Shown: positions 16,504 to 29,090, numbered from the stretch's first letter. The stretch: DNA of 64,000 nucleotides from Eledone cirrhosa (GCA_964016885.1 OZ024741.1:309008001-309072000), one strand, 5' to 3'. Made by a program: numbers and translations. The notes: generated by a model from the sequence alone, not told the origin.

Positions 16504-16856
16504 TGTCTATCTGAACCTATCTACCTGTCTATTTATCTAGTCAAAGAGCATAACCCTTCTCTACTTCCTTCTAAGCGTGATACAAATAAGACTTTGTGTT
16601 TTTGTTGTCATTTTTGAACTATATATATATAGACATATATGAGAAAGACGGCGGGATGCATCTAGGATATCGAAACTAGAAATAGGCGGTGTCATAGCCA
16701 CTACCTATTTACCATGTTTAATTAAACCTCTGAAACGATCGTAAAACAATGAACTAATTAAGTACAATACTTCGACATTTGTTTTATTCTCATTCTTCAA
16801 TACATATACACACATGTATGTATATTTGTGTGTGTGTGTGGGCGGGTATTTCTCTC

Positions 16857-16941
<85 letters not shown>

Positions 16942-16943
<2 letters not shown>

Positions 16944-17126
16944 CGAAGGAAATGTGGTAAGGAACCAAGTGGACCATAACGCACCAAAGTACTCAATACT
17001 TAGGGTAGTAGAGTGGGTAATAGGAACGAATAGGACCCCGACGGCTGAGCTCAAGCCGTTTCGACGGCTAATTCTGGAATTAGCCGTCGAAACGGCTTGA
17101 GCTCAGCCGTCGGGGTCCTACTCGTT

Positions 17127-17130
<4 letters not shown>
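16942..17130 (-). mobile_element. Family A asymmetric fold-back element
   Basis: Near-perfect 110-bp palindrome at 17021-17130 plus tail 16942-17020, (TA)n on both sides. Confidence 0.85.
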
Positions 17131-17160
<30 letters not shown>

Positions 17161-17873
17161 TGTGTGTATATGTGCATACATATGTACACACATACACACA
17201 CACACACACATATATATACATATATGGGGAGGGTATTTCTATCTCTATATATATATAGATGTGTATATATATGTGTACACACATATATATATATATATCT
17301 TTAGATGTGTATGTGTATGTCTATATGTATGTATGTAATATAATGTAACTTTCACACACTACTTTCTTGTACCTGCTTTCTTGTTCTCTCCTTATCAAAA
17401 CTTTCCTGACGAAGGACTTCTGTCCTCCACTCTCTCAAGCGTGAACCTCATATCACTTTGTATTTTTGCATTCCTGAGTTTGTTTTGTTTCACACACACA
17501 CACACATATATATATATTCAAAATTATAAAAAAAGTCAAATATATGAAATTATTATTTATTCTTTCATTTTCTACGCACGTTTCAATAATATCACATTCA
17601 TTTACAGAACAACTGGAAATTATCGATTAACATTTATGTACATCATATGTGTTACCTACTAACCGTATAACGATGTTTCACTATACAGAAATGGCCATAT
17701 TCGAGATAAATTCACCACCAAGACAAATTCTATGAAAATCTTAAAACTGAACATTAAAGAAAATGAATTTTAAACAATAATTTACAATGCTCTGTGTACT
17801 AAGAAAAATAAGTTATTCAATTTTACTTTTCGAACTAGATTAGGAAAAAACGTTAATTATCTCTCTCTATATA

Positions 17874-17931
<58 letters not shown>

Positions 17932-17943
17932 TTCTCTCTCTCT

Positions 17944-18870
17944 CACAGCCCTCTGGCAGGCGGACCCGGCGATCAGTGGAGACTCCACTTCGTCATTCTA
18001 TAGAGGGTTGGTCCGCAGCAAGTGCGACGACGCGCTCGGTGAAACTCTAGGCGTGGAGGAAGATGAACTGGCCAGTCTGTTCGGTAGGACCTTCCGCCCG
18101 GGACCGATGGACAACTTCCAAAAGTCCCTGGCCTGGCAGTGCTACCGAGGAGCTCTACCAGTTCGAGACAAGCTCTACAGACATGGGCGCCCGGGCAGGG
18201 ACCCTGCAAAAAAGATCTGTCCGAGGTGCGTGCGAGACGAAGAAACCGTCGCGCACGCATTCATACACTGCCCGGGCGTCACTGACCTGTGGGGATATGT
18301 AGAACGACTATTGTCGCGGGTGGGACCAATCCAGTTGACCACCGAGTCCATTGTCATGATCAAACCGCCACCCTCCTTCAAAAACGAAGGAGAGGCGGTT
18401 TTCCTTTGTGTGATAGCTATGGCGAAAGAGGTTGTATGGTGGACAAGGTTGAAAGGGCTGAGGTCAGACACCTTTCTCTCCGGCCAACAACTGATTCTTT
18501 TTTTCAAATACCACTTTGGAAGAAGAATCAGGATGGAGAGAGAGGTGCTGTACCGCAGCAAGTTTTATGAAAGGTGGGTGAAAGTGGCGAGAATGGCCCG
18601 AGTGAATGGGCCTTCTCTCTATATCAGCCTGTAGATTGAGGAAAAGGAGGAGGAGAGGAAAGGAGTACAAGCTCTTCGTACTCCTGGAGATGAGGGTTGC
18701 ACATTTTTTCGGGGGTATGTGTTACCCATATAAACTGTCTCCCTCTATTGGGGAAAATCGACTAACTTTTAAATTCCATCTGTGATAACATTTTACACGT
18801 TTTTATTGTATGTAAACTTCCCCCTTTGTATTTGTCCCCTTCTTTTGTGCCCCTGTGGCTAATAAAGAAA
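17944..18870 (+). mobile_element. 5'-truncated Tx1/L1-type LINE, 3' end
   Basis: ORF 18008-18634 has the zf-RVT-like motif W..YRGALPVRDKL..CPRC...ETVAHAFIHC. 3'UTR ends in AATAAA. Inserted between (TCTA)n/(TC)n tracts. Confidence 0.9.
18008..18634 (+). pseudogene. LINE ORF2 C-terminal zinc-binding (zf-RVT-like) fragment
   Basis: 208-aa non-repetitive ORF with a CCHC motif, lacks RT and endonuclease domains. Confidence 0.8.
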
Positions 18871-18876
18871 TATATC

Positions 18877-18989
<113 letters not shown>

Positions 18990-19459
18990 CTCTCTATATA
19001 TATTTCTCTCTATATATATATACGATATTTTTTCTTTCTATACATACGATATCTTTTATTATTTTTCATATATATTCTTCCATACATATTATGGTAACTA
19101 TCTATATATATACCTGTCAAATGCTTTTTACATAGTCTTTTTACAACTGAATTAACAAACATCTTCCTGCCTATAAAAAGAAAAGAGTTAACAAAACTCA
19201 AGATAACTAAACTATACATTAACCCATTTAACACAATCTAACAACATAAAAACACAAGTAAACATATAGTCTTACATATTTTTTATATAATTCCATCTGC
19301 ATAACATGCATTTGAAACTTATTGCTTGTTTTAACGTTGAATGCTTTTTGATATTGTTTTATTTGATTCTTAAAACCTTGTGCGGTTAAACTACTTTTAA
19401 ATTTTATTTGTTCTATATAAGTTTTCCTAAAGATATATGGTAACACGTATGATGTAGAT

Positions 19460-19631
19460 CAGGCATGTCAAACATGCGGCCCTTTACAAGCACCACAGTT
19501 GCGGCCCGTACAAAGGTATTTACAGCGCGAGTATGTTTTATCTTCGTAAAATTAGTTGTAATGTGCGCAATTAGTTGTTGTGTGTAGCCCTCATACAACA
19601 CATATGTGACCCATGTGGCCCCCGGGGCCTG
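19460..19631. mobile_element. hAT (Charlie-like) MITE
   Basis: CAGGC...GCCTG termini, perfect 8-bp TSD ATGTAGAT (19452-59, 19632-39), GCGGCCC subterminal motifs. Confidence 0.85.
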
Positions 19632-19682
19632 ATGTAGATAATTGTTAATTGATAATTTCCAGTTTTACTGCAAATGAATGTG

Positions 19683-19749
<67 letters not shown>

Positions 19750-19752
<3 letters not shown>

Positions 19753-20008
19753 TATGTATACGTACATACATATATGTATACAGACGTACAGTAGTATGTA
19801 TATATATACATACATGCACACATATATATATGTACGTATGGATTCACTGAACATTTATTATAATGCTCGGTGTGTTTGTAAACAAACATCCCGTATTAAG
19901 CCGTAGTGTCTAGCAACCATCGTTGCTCGTTTGTTCAACACTGACAAAGGAACGCTGTACCTGTTTCAAGCCTATTAGCTATCGTCAGCAACGTATACCT
20001 TCCTGCCA
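19750..20008 (-). mobile_element. Family C element, truncated copy
   Basis: Reverse complement of ~23072-23330, includes the HHR. Confidence 0.8.
19952..19994 (-). ncRNA. Type I hammerhead ribozyme, family C
   Basis: Reverse complement: acgttg-CTGACGA-t-agct aata ggct-t-GAAA-cagg-TA-cagcgt. Confidence 0.8.
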
Positions 20009-20034
20009 CACACACACACACATATATATATATA

Positions 20035-20185
20035 AATGGCTTCTACAGGACTAGAACAGTTTCATTCCTATGAAATCATCAGGAAGGCCGGGTGACATAG
20101 TAAGTCAATATCAAATATTGATGTTAACACTCAACTGATGTATTTGGGACCTTATTTACTGTGATTACCCCCGATTTAACTCGGG

Positions 20186-20190
<5 letters not shown>
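20035..20190. mobile_element. Family B element with most of the right arm missing
   Basis: Minus-strand HHR arm followed by a diverged plus-strand family B tail (acactcaactgatgtatttggg...ctcgggat). Confidence 0.7.
20038..20087 (-). ncRNA. Type I hammerhead ribozyme, family B
   Basis: Reverse complement: cttc-CTGATGA-t-ttc atag gaa-t-GAAA-ctg ttctagtc ctg-TA-gaag. One mismatch in stem III. Confidence 0.75.
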
Positions 20191-20247
<57 letters not shown>

Positions 20248-20279
20248 ACACCCACACCCACACCCACACCCACACGCAG

Positions 20280-20392
<113 letters not shown>

Positions 20393-20443
20393 GTAATAAT
20401 AATAAAATTGAAGACTAAAATCCAAAGAGGGCTCGATAAGGTT

Positions 20444-20494
20444 AGTTTCAGAAGATCCCGTTAAGGGTGAAAGCAGCGATTCTTTGCTTAAACT
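20444..20494 (+). ncRNA. Hammerhead-like fold, family E (core CAGAAGA, U4A)
   Basis: agttt-CAGAAGA-t-ccc gttaa ggg-t-GAAA-gcag cgattct ttgc-TT-aaact. All three stems pair. Followed by AATAAA and (TA)n. Confidence 0.6.
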
Positions 20495-20514
20495 TTAATC
20501 TGTTATTTTAATAA

Positions 20515-20574
<60 letters not shown>

Positions 20575-20915
20575 AACGAATAGCGAAGACGAAAAGTTTA
20601 AAACATTTTATTCTTTTAACACATTTTTCTACGTGATGAACCGGAAAACATATAAAGAAGGTGAAAAATCTTAGTCAAGCTCGATGTTTCATATGTTGAT
20701 GTGTGTGATGATATTAAACCTCTTATTCGAGTGTAATCAGAGAAACAATATGAATGAAAACACATCCTTATAAAACAACAATTACATACACGTCGGCTTT
20801 ATTTACTCGAAGTTTAATTCTTAATACTGTGGTAAGATGATTCAACTTATCTTGCAGATCTTGAAACTGCATTGAGCTCAAATCTGTTGATATAACATTT
20901 TTTTATCTTTACTTC

Positions 20916-20980
<65 letters not shown>

Positions 20981-21222
20981 CCCAATATTATGTGGGGGAA
21001 TGATATGCAATAGCATATAATTGCCAAAGAGTTCAGAAATAGCGTTATGTATGGTTCTAAATGGCTAAATGGTATATATTTAAATTGTTTCTATCACTTA
21101 TACAAATTGCACATAACACACATTCAGTAATTCTATATGTATAATGTCTGTCGAATTTTATAATGCTCTTGAAACATAAAAAACAAGAAATAATTTAAAA
21201 ACAAATGTTTCCATCTCTCTCT

Positions 21223-21265
<43 letters not shown>

Positions 21266-21302
21266 ATATTATTATTATATGTATATATATATATTATATG
21301 TA

Positions 21303-21369
<67 letters not shown>

Positions 21370-21383
21370 TGTATGTATGTATA

Positions 21384-21700
21384 AGATACAAATACAAATA
21401 AGAGATAGGTTTGATTATTTGGCAGCCCAACAATACGTGTTTAGTAAAAATGCGGACTCCCCTTGATAATGGATCGTAAATCTGAAAACATTTGGGATTA
21501 TTACTAACCGCTAAGGTAATATCCCACAGTCCTCATTCTTTTGCTTTACTTCACTGTGTTCTTTTTTTCTTATTATTATTACCTTGGCATTGGGCCTTGT
21601 GCCAAAAGTAAAAACAATCATTACCTTTGCATTTTTACCAAACATGCATTGTCGAACTCCCAAATAACCAAACTTACAAACATATTTCTTATTTGTATCT
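21384..21700. repeat. Old imperfect inverted repeat (~70-bp arms)
   Basis: 21384-21453 versus reverse complement of 21628-21700. Confidence 0.55.
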
Positions 21701-21735
21701 GAAATTCCACAATACCTGAAAAAATATCATACCTT

Positions 21736-21778
<43 letters not shown>

Positions 21779-21809
21779 AATATCATTAAGAAAGATCCTG
21801 ATATCGTAT

Positions 21810-22185
21810 TGTGATACATATTTCAATGACGACAATGGCCTCACTTCTCGGTGTACCCAGTGCCGTGACATCATCAGACAGTTTCTTACATAATAAGGTT
21901 ATGTTCCCGAGGTAATCCAAATTGAATCGCCTGCGCAAACTGGTGGGGGTGAATTGGGGCTCACAAGGGAACGGACGAAGGATTCAAGAAAACCTGCTTC
22001 GTCCGTTCCCTTGTCGATTCAATTTGGATTACATCGGGAACATAACCTTATTATGTAAGAAGCTGTCTGATGATGTCACGGAACTGGGTATACCGAAGAG
22101 TGTGGTCACTGTCGTCATTGAAATATGTATCACAGCATTATCATTAAATGACTTTAACATCTGTAACTACGTTGCATTTTCTTAT

Positions 22186-22190
<5 letters not shown>
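21810..22190. repeat. Nested inverted repeat in (TA)n, probable PLE fold-back
   Basis: Arms 21810-21929 / 22015-22134, inner hairpin 21963-22014, CTGATGA at 22067 and in the mirror arm. Confidence 0.75.
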
Positions 22191-22215
<25 letters not shown>

Positions 22216-22217
<2 letters not shown>

Positions 22218-22280
22218 GGAAAAGAGTCAGGACCCCGACGGCTAAGCTCCGGCCGTTTCGACGGCTAGATCCGAACTAAG
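22216..22280 (-). mobile_element. Family A single arm
   Basis: ggaaaagagtcaggaccccgacggctaagctccggccgtttcgacggctagatccgaac after (TA)n. Confidence 0.75.
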
Positions 22281-22310
22281 CCAGCAGTATTAGAACGGCG
22301 TGATTCTAGC

Positions 22311-22615
22311 TTGAAAATTGCGTGGAATCCTTGGTAGAGTTAGGTGTATTTAAAAAAAGGTAAAGAATGACTTCACTTGTAGTTCTAAACAATTTAATTT
22401 AATTTTATAATATTATGATTTTACAATTTAGTTTCGTAGTTCTAGTAAGTTCTTTGTAGATCTCCCCACCGAAGTTAACAAAGAACTTACTAGATCTACA
22501 AAACCAAATTGTAAAATCATATTATAAGATTAAATTAAATTGTTTAGAACTACAAGTGAAGTTATTCTTTTCATTTTTTTAAATATGACTAACTATACAA
22601 GGATTTCACACATTT

Positions 22616-22620
<5 letters not shown>
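22311..22620. repeat. Diverged ~145-bp-arm inverted repeat abutting (TA)n
   Basis: cttcacttgtagttctaaacaatttaattt / aaattaaattgtttagaactacaagtgaag, ~20-nt spacer. Confidence 0.8.
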
Positions 22621-22662
<42 letters not shown>

Positions 22663-22777
22663 GTATTTTAACGACAGTTATAGCTCTGATTTATCTGAAT
22701 TATTGAGCCCTCTGCCACTCATGTCGAATTTTGTTTATCGTGAACTCGTGCGCCGATTTTTCGATACTCGATTATTC

Positions 22778-22906
<129 letters not shown>

Positions 22907-22936
22907 TGGGAAATATATATATATATATATATATAT

Positions 22937-23385
22937 GAGTGGGAAATGAAATTTCATTTCATTTTTTCCGTTTATCGTTTTCGGTGCACCCGGCCGATTA
23001 ACCCACTCAATATGTAAATTGGGCTACTCAGCCGTTAATATGCATAAGGTAAGTATATACGTTCAACAATCTGGCAGGGAGGTATCTGTTGCTGACGATA
23101 GCTAATAAGCTTGAAACTAGTACAGCGTTCCTTTGTCAGTGTTGAACAAACGAGCAACGATGGTTGCTAGACACTACGGCTTAATACGGGATTTTTGTTT
23201 ACAAACACACCGAGCATTATAATAAATGTTCTGTGAATCCATACGTACATATATATATGTGTGCATGTATGTATATATACATACTACTGTACGTCTGTAT
23301 ACATATATGTATGTACGTGTACATACTTATATTTAAGTAACAGCCGTACTAAGAGTGGGAAATGAAATTTCGTTTCAGTTTTTCC

Positions 23386-23390
<5 letters not shown>
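22937..23390 (+). mobile_element. Retrozyme/PLE-pLTR-like element, family C: 416-bp monomer plus 38-bp terminal direct repeat
   Basis: gagtgggaaatgaaatttc...ttccgttta at both 22937-22974 and 23353-23390. Internal HHR. Flanked by (TA)n on both sides. Confidence 0.8.
23087..23127 (+). ncRNA. Type I hammerhead ribozyme, family C (retrozyme-like monomer)
   Basis: tgttg-CTGACGA(23092-98)-t-agct aata agct-t-GAAA(23113-16)-ctag-TA-cagcg. Stem I tgttg/cagcg, stem II 4 bp, minimal stem III with palindromic CTAG, GUA cleavage triplet. Stem I extends via gttcaaca/tgttgaac. Confidence 0.85.
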
Positions 23391-23442
<52 letters not shown>

Positions 23443-23629
23443 GAGTAATGATAAGGCCCAGGATTTGAACTCAAAACGTAAAGAGCCGAAACAAATAGAG
23501 GATATATACACATCTTCTCCGGTAAAAGTTTGCGAAGGAAGAATATAGCAGTGCGATGACGACTACTGCGGGATAGAATTTGGCTGATGGGATCTCGAAA
23601 GTTTTAATAGCACAAGCCAGTGTACGATG

Positions 23630-23681
<52 letters not shown>

Positions 23682-23801
23682 GGAGGTGAGTTTTGTAGTA
23701 CAATAAAGCAATGCAGATATCGGATAAGAAGCACTCTACAGTTTGTAGGACTGGAGTATACATAATATATAAGATCAAAAGATGGTTAAAAGAGTTCCAT
23801 G

Positions 23802-23872
23802 TATTTTATTATGCGCATTTCAAAAACAAATATCATCATGCAATAACATTTTTGTTTTCATCAGATAAAATA
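23802..23872 (-). ncRNA. Type I hammerhead ribozyme, family F (mirror copy)
   Basis: Inverted copy of 24549-24617 with 8-bp stem I tattttat/ataaaata and intact core. Confidence 0.82.
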
Positions 23873-24548
23873 GGAAGACATGATATGAAGGTTATAAAAC
23901 ACTTGTGAATAGTGCAGTTTTAAATCAACATATGAAAAGTAGTTTTAGATTGATGTGTGATATTGGGAAAAAAATTTTGAGGGGGTGGGGGGAGGATGAA
24001 AAAGAGGAGGAGATGAGAGTAAAAAGTGGAGGGGGAGGAGTATAATGAGGAAGGATGAGATAGGAGGAGAGATGGGTGATAGAGAGAGAGAGATAGCTTT
24101 TATAACTGAGAAAAATATATTGTTTTACATAGAGAGGTTGAAAAACCGTTGGAAGATAATATATAAATTAAAAGAATTTAAAAATTAACGAAGAGAAAAA
24201 TAACTTAACATTATTTTTCTCTTCGTTAATTTTCAAATTCTTTTAATTTATATATTATCTTCCAACGGTTTTTCAACCTCTCTATGTAAAACAATATATT
24301 TTTCTCAGTTATAAAAGCTATCTCTCTCTCTCTATCACCCATCTCTCCTCCTATCTCATCCTTCCTCATTATACTCCTCCCCTTCCACTTTTTACTCTCA
24401 TCTCCTCCTCTTTTTCATCCTTTCCAACCTCCCGCCCCCTCAAATTTTTTTCCCCAATATCACACATCAATCTAAAACTACTTTTCATATGTTGATTTAA
24501 AACTGCACTATTCACAAGTGTTTTTTAACCTTCATATCATGTCTTCCG

Positions 24549-24617
24549 ATTTTATCTGATGAAAACACAAATGTTATTGCATGATGATATTTGTTTTTGA
24601 AATGCGCATAATAAAAT
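24549..24617 (+). ncRNA. Type I hammerhead ribozyme, family F (long stem II)
   Basis: attttat-CTGATGA(24556-62)-~15-bp stem II-GAAA(24599-602)-T GCGC A-TA-ataaaat. 7-bp stem I, palindromic GCGC tetraloop, AUA triplet. Confidence 0.85.
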
Positions 24618-24670
24618 ACATGGAACTCTTTTAACCATCTTTTGATCTTATATATATATATATATATATA

Positions 24671-24762
24671 AGAAAATGTTCAAGACCCCGACGGCAGAGC
24701 TCATGCCGTTTCGACGGTTATTTCTGGACGTTATGGTCAACCTGGTTACCACACTTCCTTCG

Positions 24763-24765
<3 letters not shown>
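24671..24765. mobile_element. Family A element with central deletion
   Basis: Left arm fused directly to the tail end gttatggtcaacctggttaccacacttccttcgtt. Confidence 0.75.
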
Positions 24766-24798
<33 letters not shown>

Positions 24799-24995
24799 AG
24801 TGAAATTTTAGTAAGTAAGTTAATTTTTATAATTTTCTTATTTTACGTCTTTCATATAATTGTTCTGCATCCCCTTGCATTGAACCACAAAGTTACTAAG
24901 ACAAAACCTATATATTTGCTAGCATAGGTATGCATCTGTATATATATGTTGGTAGATATATAATTCTTTATATATATGTTGGTAGATATATAATT

Positions 24996-25124
<129 letters not shown>

Positions 25125-25244
25125 TACATCGTGCACTGCTATATTATTCCTTCGCAAACTTTCACCGGAGAAGATGTGTATATATCCTCTATTTGTTCCG
25201 GCTCTTTACGTTCTGAGTTCAAATCCTGGGTATTATCATTACTC

Positions 25245-25540
25245 ATATTAGCGAAAAAGGCTATTCGGTGGACGCGACTGAAATGGCTGGAGACAAAAAC
25301 TTTTCTCTTTTGCCAATTCCTCATTAATAAACATGGTCGTAGTAAACGTGGCCAGCATGGTCGACGAGTAGACGTCAGAACTCTACTCTCTATTGAGGAG
25401 TACTCATTGTTTTAATTCTATTGTTACTCCTCTTTTACTTTCGTTATAGCCGTTTACACACTCCCCCTTCACTCAATGTTTTGTCCTGTACTGTCCTTTA
25501 TGTTTTCTTCATATGAAGCCTTTGTGGTTAATAAAGAAAT
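25245..25540 (+). mobile_element. Diverged Tx1/L1 3' remnant
   Basis: [19 protein letters not shown] resembles AKEVVWWTRLKGLRSDTFL; tail gcctttgtggttaataaagaaat. Confidence 0.6.
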
Positions 25541-25564
25541 CATTATTATTATTAATTGCTGACC

Positions 25565-26320
25565 GAGGGGGCTGGATTGGCAGAATCGGTAGAGCGTCGG
25601 AAACCATACTTTGCAGCATAGAGTTACGGCCCTTTACTGTCTGAGTTCAAATCCTGCCGAGGTTAACTTTGTCTTTCATCCTTACAGAGTCGATAAAATA
25701 AAGTACCAGTCACGCGCTGCGGTTGATTTAATCGACTTTCCCCTTCCCCCTCCAAATTGCTGGCCTTGTGCCTATATCAGAAACCATTATTAATTGCTGG
25801 CCGCGAGTCGTGGATTGACAGAATCGGTAGAGCGCCGGAAATCATGCTTTACAGCATAGTATTACATTCCTTTACGGTCTGAGTTTAAATCCTGCGGAGG
25901 TGAACTTTGTCTTTAATCCTCACGGGGGTTAATAAAATAAGGCACCCGTCACGCACTGGTGTCGATGTAATCAACTTTCCTCTCCTACCCAAATTGCTGG
26001 CCTTGTGCCTATGGTAGAAACCATTATTAATTGCTGGCCTTGAGCCTATGGTAGAAACCATTATTAATTGCTGGCCGTGTGCCGAATGTAGAAGCAATTA
26101 TTATTACGGATTGGTAGTATCGAGCATCAGACAACATGATTTGCAGCAAATAGTAACATCCCATTGCGTTCTGGGTTCTATTCCAGCCTAGATTAATTTT
26201 CCCTTTCATCCTTCCACTGACTATAAAATAAAGTACCAGTTATGTATTGGGGTTGATGGAATCGTCGTTTTCATCGCCACCAAAACTACCGACCATGTGC
26301 AAAAATTAGAAACCATAATT
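25565..26320 (+). mobile_element. Head-to-tail array of about 3 SINEs with duplicated tails
   Basis: tggcagaatcggtagagcg..gagttcaaatcc..aaattgctggccttgtgcc..agaaaccattattaa repeated. Confidence 0.88.
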
Positions 26321-27019
26321 TTACAGATTTTTAGATCACGATATTAAAGGAAATTTAATCAATAATATCGATCTTCGTTATATATTTTACTCTGGTAAAA
26401 ATATTTCACCGATATATATATTGGTTAGTTAACTTAGGATTTTAATAGCTCACAGTTTTTATGGAGGAGTGATGTGTCAAAGACATGCATACACACATAC
26501 ACCTACACCTACACATATAAATACACATACACACACACACACCTACACACATACATATACCTACACCTATACACACACACATACACGCATACATACGTAC
26601 ACACACCCTACACACACTTACAGATAACTACACTTATACATATACGTACAAACATACATACACGCATACATTCATGCACACACTCCTACACACAATTACA
26701 CATAGATACACATATACATATACATACACACATACATACATACACGCATACACACATTCATACACACTTACACATACATACACCTATACATATACACATA
26801 CACGCATACATACATACACACACTCCTACACACATTTACACATACATACACCTATACATATACATACACACATACATACACACATCACACACACACCACA
26901 CACATACACACACCTACACACACTCACACATACATACATACACCAACACATAAACACCTATACACATACATTTATTTATAATATTTATTTATTTATTTAT
27001 TTATGTATATATATATATA

Positions 27020-27068
<49 letters not shown>

Positions 27069-27093
27069 GTGTGTGTATGTATGTATATATATA

Positions 27094-27773
27094 TCTATAT
27101 ATATAAAAGCAAGTCGGTCTGTGTGTGTGTGTCTGTCTGTCTGTGTACAAATACTAGGCTCCTTTTAACTTTTGAAGTACTAGGCCGATTTCAACCAAAT
27201 TTGGCACATGTATTGCTTATATGCCAGAGCAGGTTTTGGACAAAAACAAATTTGAAAAAAAAATCGATATTGGGGCCGAAAAATCGATTTTGTGTGTATC
27301 TGTCTGTTTACATATACTAGGCTACTTTTAACTTTTGAAGTACTAGGCCGATTTGGCACGTGCTATTGAGGCGACCTCTCATTGGCTAGCCAATTAGCTG
27401 ACATAAGCTGACATGCACTCAGAAATTGCTAGCTCAGCCATAAACGACCTTGAACAATTCGCCCGATTGAAGGTCGCGATTTCTAATTGGACTACGCAAC
27501 TAACATTAATCAACATGACTGAACAAATACCGTGCATATTCCTGTGAGAAATACGTTTGATAGCACGACGTTACTCACGTCAATTAACTCAAGCTACCCC
27601 ATGAATTGTTTTTATGTTGCTGTTTATTTCACTCAACCATGTCACTGTACACCCATTTTGTTAAACTTTTTTTTTACAATTACATTTCAATTCTTTGCTG
27701 AACCTTTGGCTCTCTTTATACGGACAAACAGGCTGTCATTCATTTCCCGGGCAACGCCGGGTACATCTACTAG
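27094..27773 (+). mobile_element. Non-autonomous Helitron (~680 bp)
   Basis: A|TCTATATATATAAAA 5' end, subterminal hairpin CCCGGgcaacgCCGGG, CTAG|T 3' end, no TSD. Confidence 0.88.
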
Positions 27774-28096
27774 TATAAATATATATATGAGTGTGTATGT
27801 ATTTGAGTGTTTGTGTGTATATGCGTGCGTGTTTGTGAGTGAGTGTGTGAATGTGTGAGTGCGTGTGTGTATATATATGTGTGAGTGTTTGTGTGTGTAT
27901 GCGTGCGTGTTTGCGAGTGAGTGTGTGAATGTGTGAGTATGTGTGTGTGTATGTATGTGTGAGTGTTTGTGTGTGTATGGGTGCGTGTTTGTGAGTGTGT
28001 GTGTGGGTGAATGTGTGAGTGAGTGTGTATTCACATGCAAAATTTGACTATGAGCAAAATGGTGCATTGATGATAATGTTGGTGATAATGTTAAAA

Positions 28097-28245
28097 ATAA
28101 TTGTTTCTACTTTTGGCACAAGGCCAGCAATGACCCAGTGCATTACTGGTACTTTATTTTATCGACCCCGTAAGGATGAAAGGCAAAGTTAACCTCGGCG
28201 GGATTTGAACTCAGAATGGCAAGGGGCGTAACTCTATGCGTCAAC
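28097..28245 (-). mobile_element. SINE (young subfamily)
   Basis: Near-identical to copies at 2990, 31677, 33327 and 42716. Confidence 0.85.
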
Positions 28246-28299
28246 GTTTTAGATGGAAATGATAATGTTGTCAATGACGTCGTTGAATAACTATGTTGG

Positions 28300-28420
28300 C
28301 AATGATGATGATGATGATGATGAGGAGGAGGAGGAGGAGGAGGAGGGGGGAGGAGGAGGATGACGATGATGATGATGATGGTGGCATGATGACGATAATA
28401 ATGATGATGATGATGATGAC

Positions 28421-28476
<56 letters not shown>

Positions 28477-28935
28477 CGATGGTGGTGGTGGTGATGTGAA
28501 AGATGAAGATGATAGTACGGAGTCTGGTGAGGATGATAATGATGACGATGACGGCGATAATAACAACGATGAGGATAACTATGATGGTGATTGTGACGGC
28601 AAAAATGGTGACGTTGATGGTCATAATGATTATGATGACGATGGTAATGATGATGATGGTGGTGGTGGGGATTGTGGTGGTGGGGATGGTGGTGGTGGGG
28701 ATGGTGGTGGTGGGGATGATTGTTGACGAACATGGTGGAGACGATGACAACGATGATAATGGATGATGAAAACGTTAAAAACGACGACGATGGTGAAGAT
28801 GATGATGGCGATGATGATGATGATAACGATGATGATGATGATGATGATGATGATGACGATGATGAAGATAACGATGATGATGAAGATGATAATGGTGATG
28901 ATGATGACGAAGATGATGATGATGATGAAGATAAA

Positions 28936-28968
<33 letters not shown>

Positions 28969-29090
28969 GATGAAGCTGAAGATGAAGATGATGATGATGA
29001 TGATGATGATGATGATAATGAACACAACAATGACATTGACTACGGAATGGACGACGATGACAACGACCACGATGTTGAGAATGACACTGA
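28300..29090. repeat. (GAT)n-rich degenerate microsatellite
   Basis: Direct reading. Confidence 0.95.

Larger units (their letters stand above)
23678..24655. mobile_element. Family F ~880-bp fold-back element with an HHR in each arm
   Basis: Arms ~23766-24203 / 24211-24655, 7-nt loop cttaaca, probable tail 23678-23765, (TA)n flanks. Confidence 0.85.

Noticed and set aside
25570-25660. tRNA-like A/B boxes
   Set aside because: These are SINE heads with no cloverleaf; they run into the SINE body.
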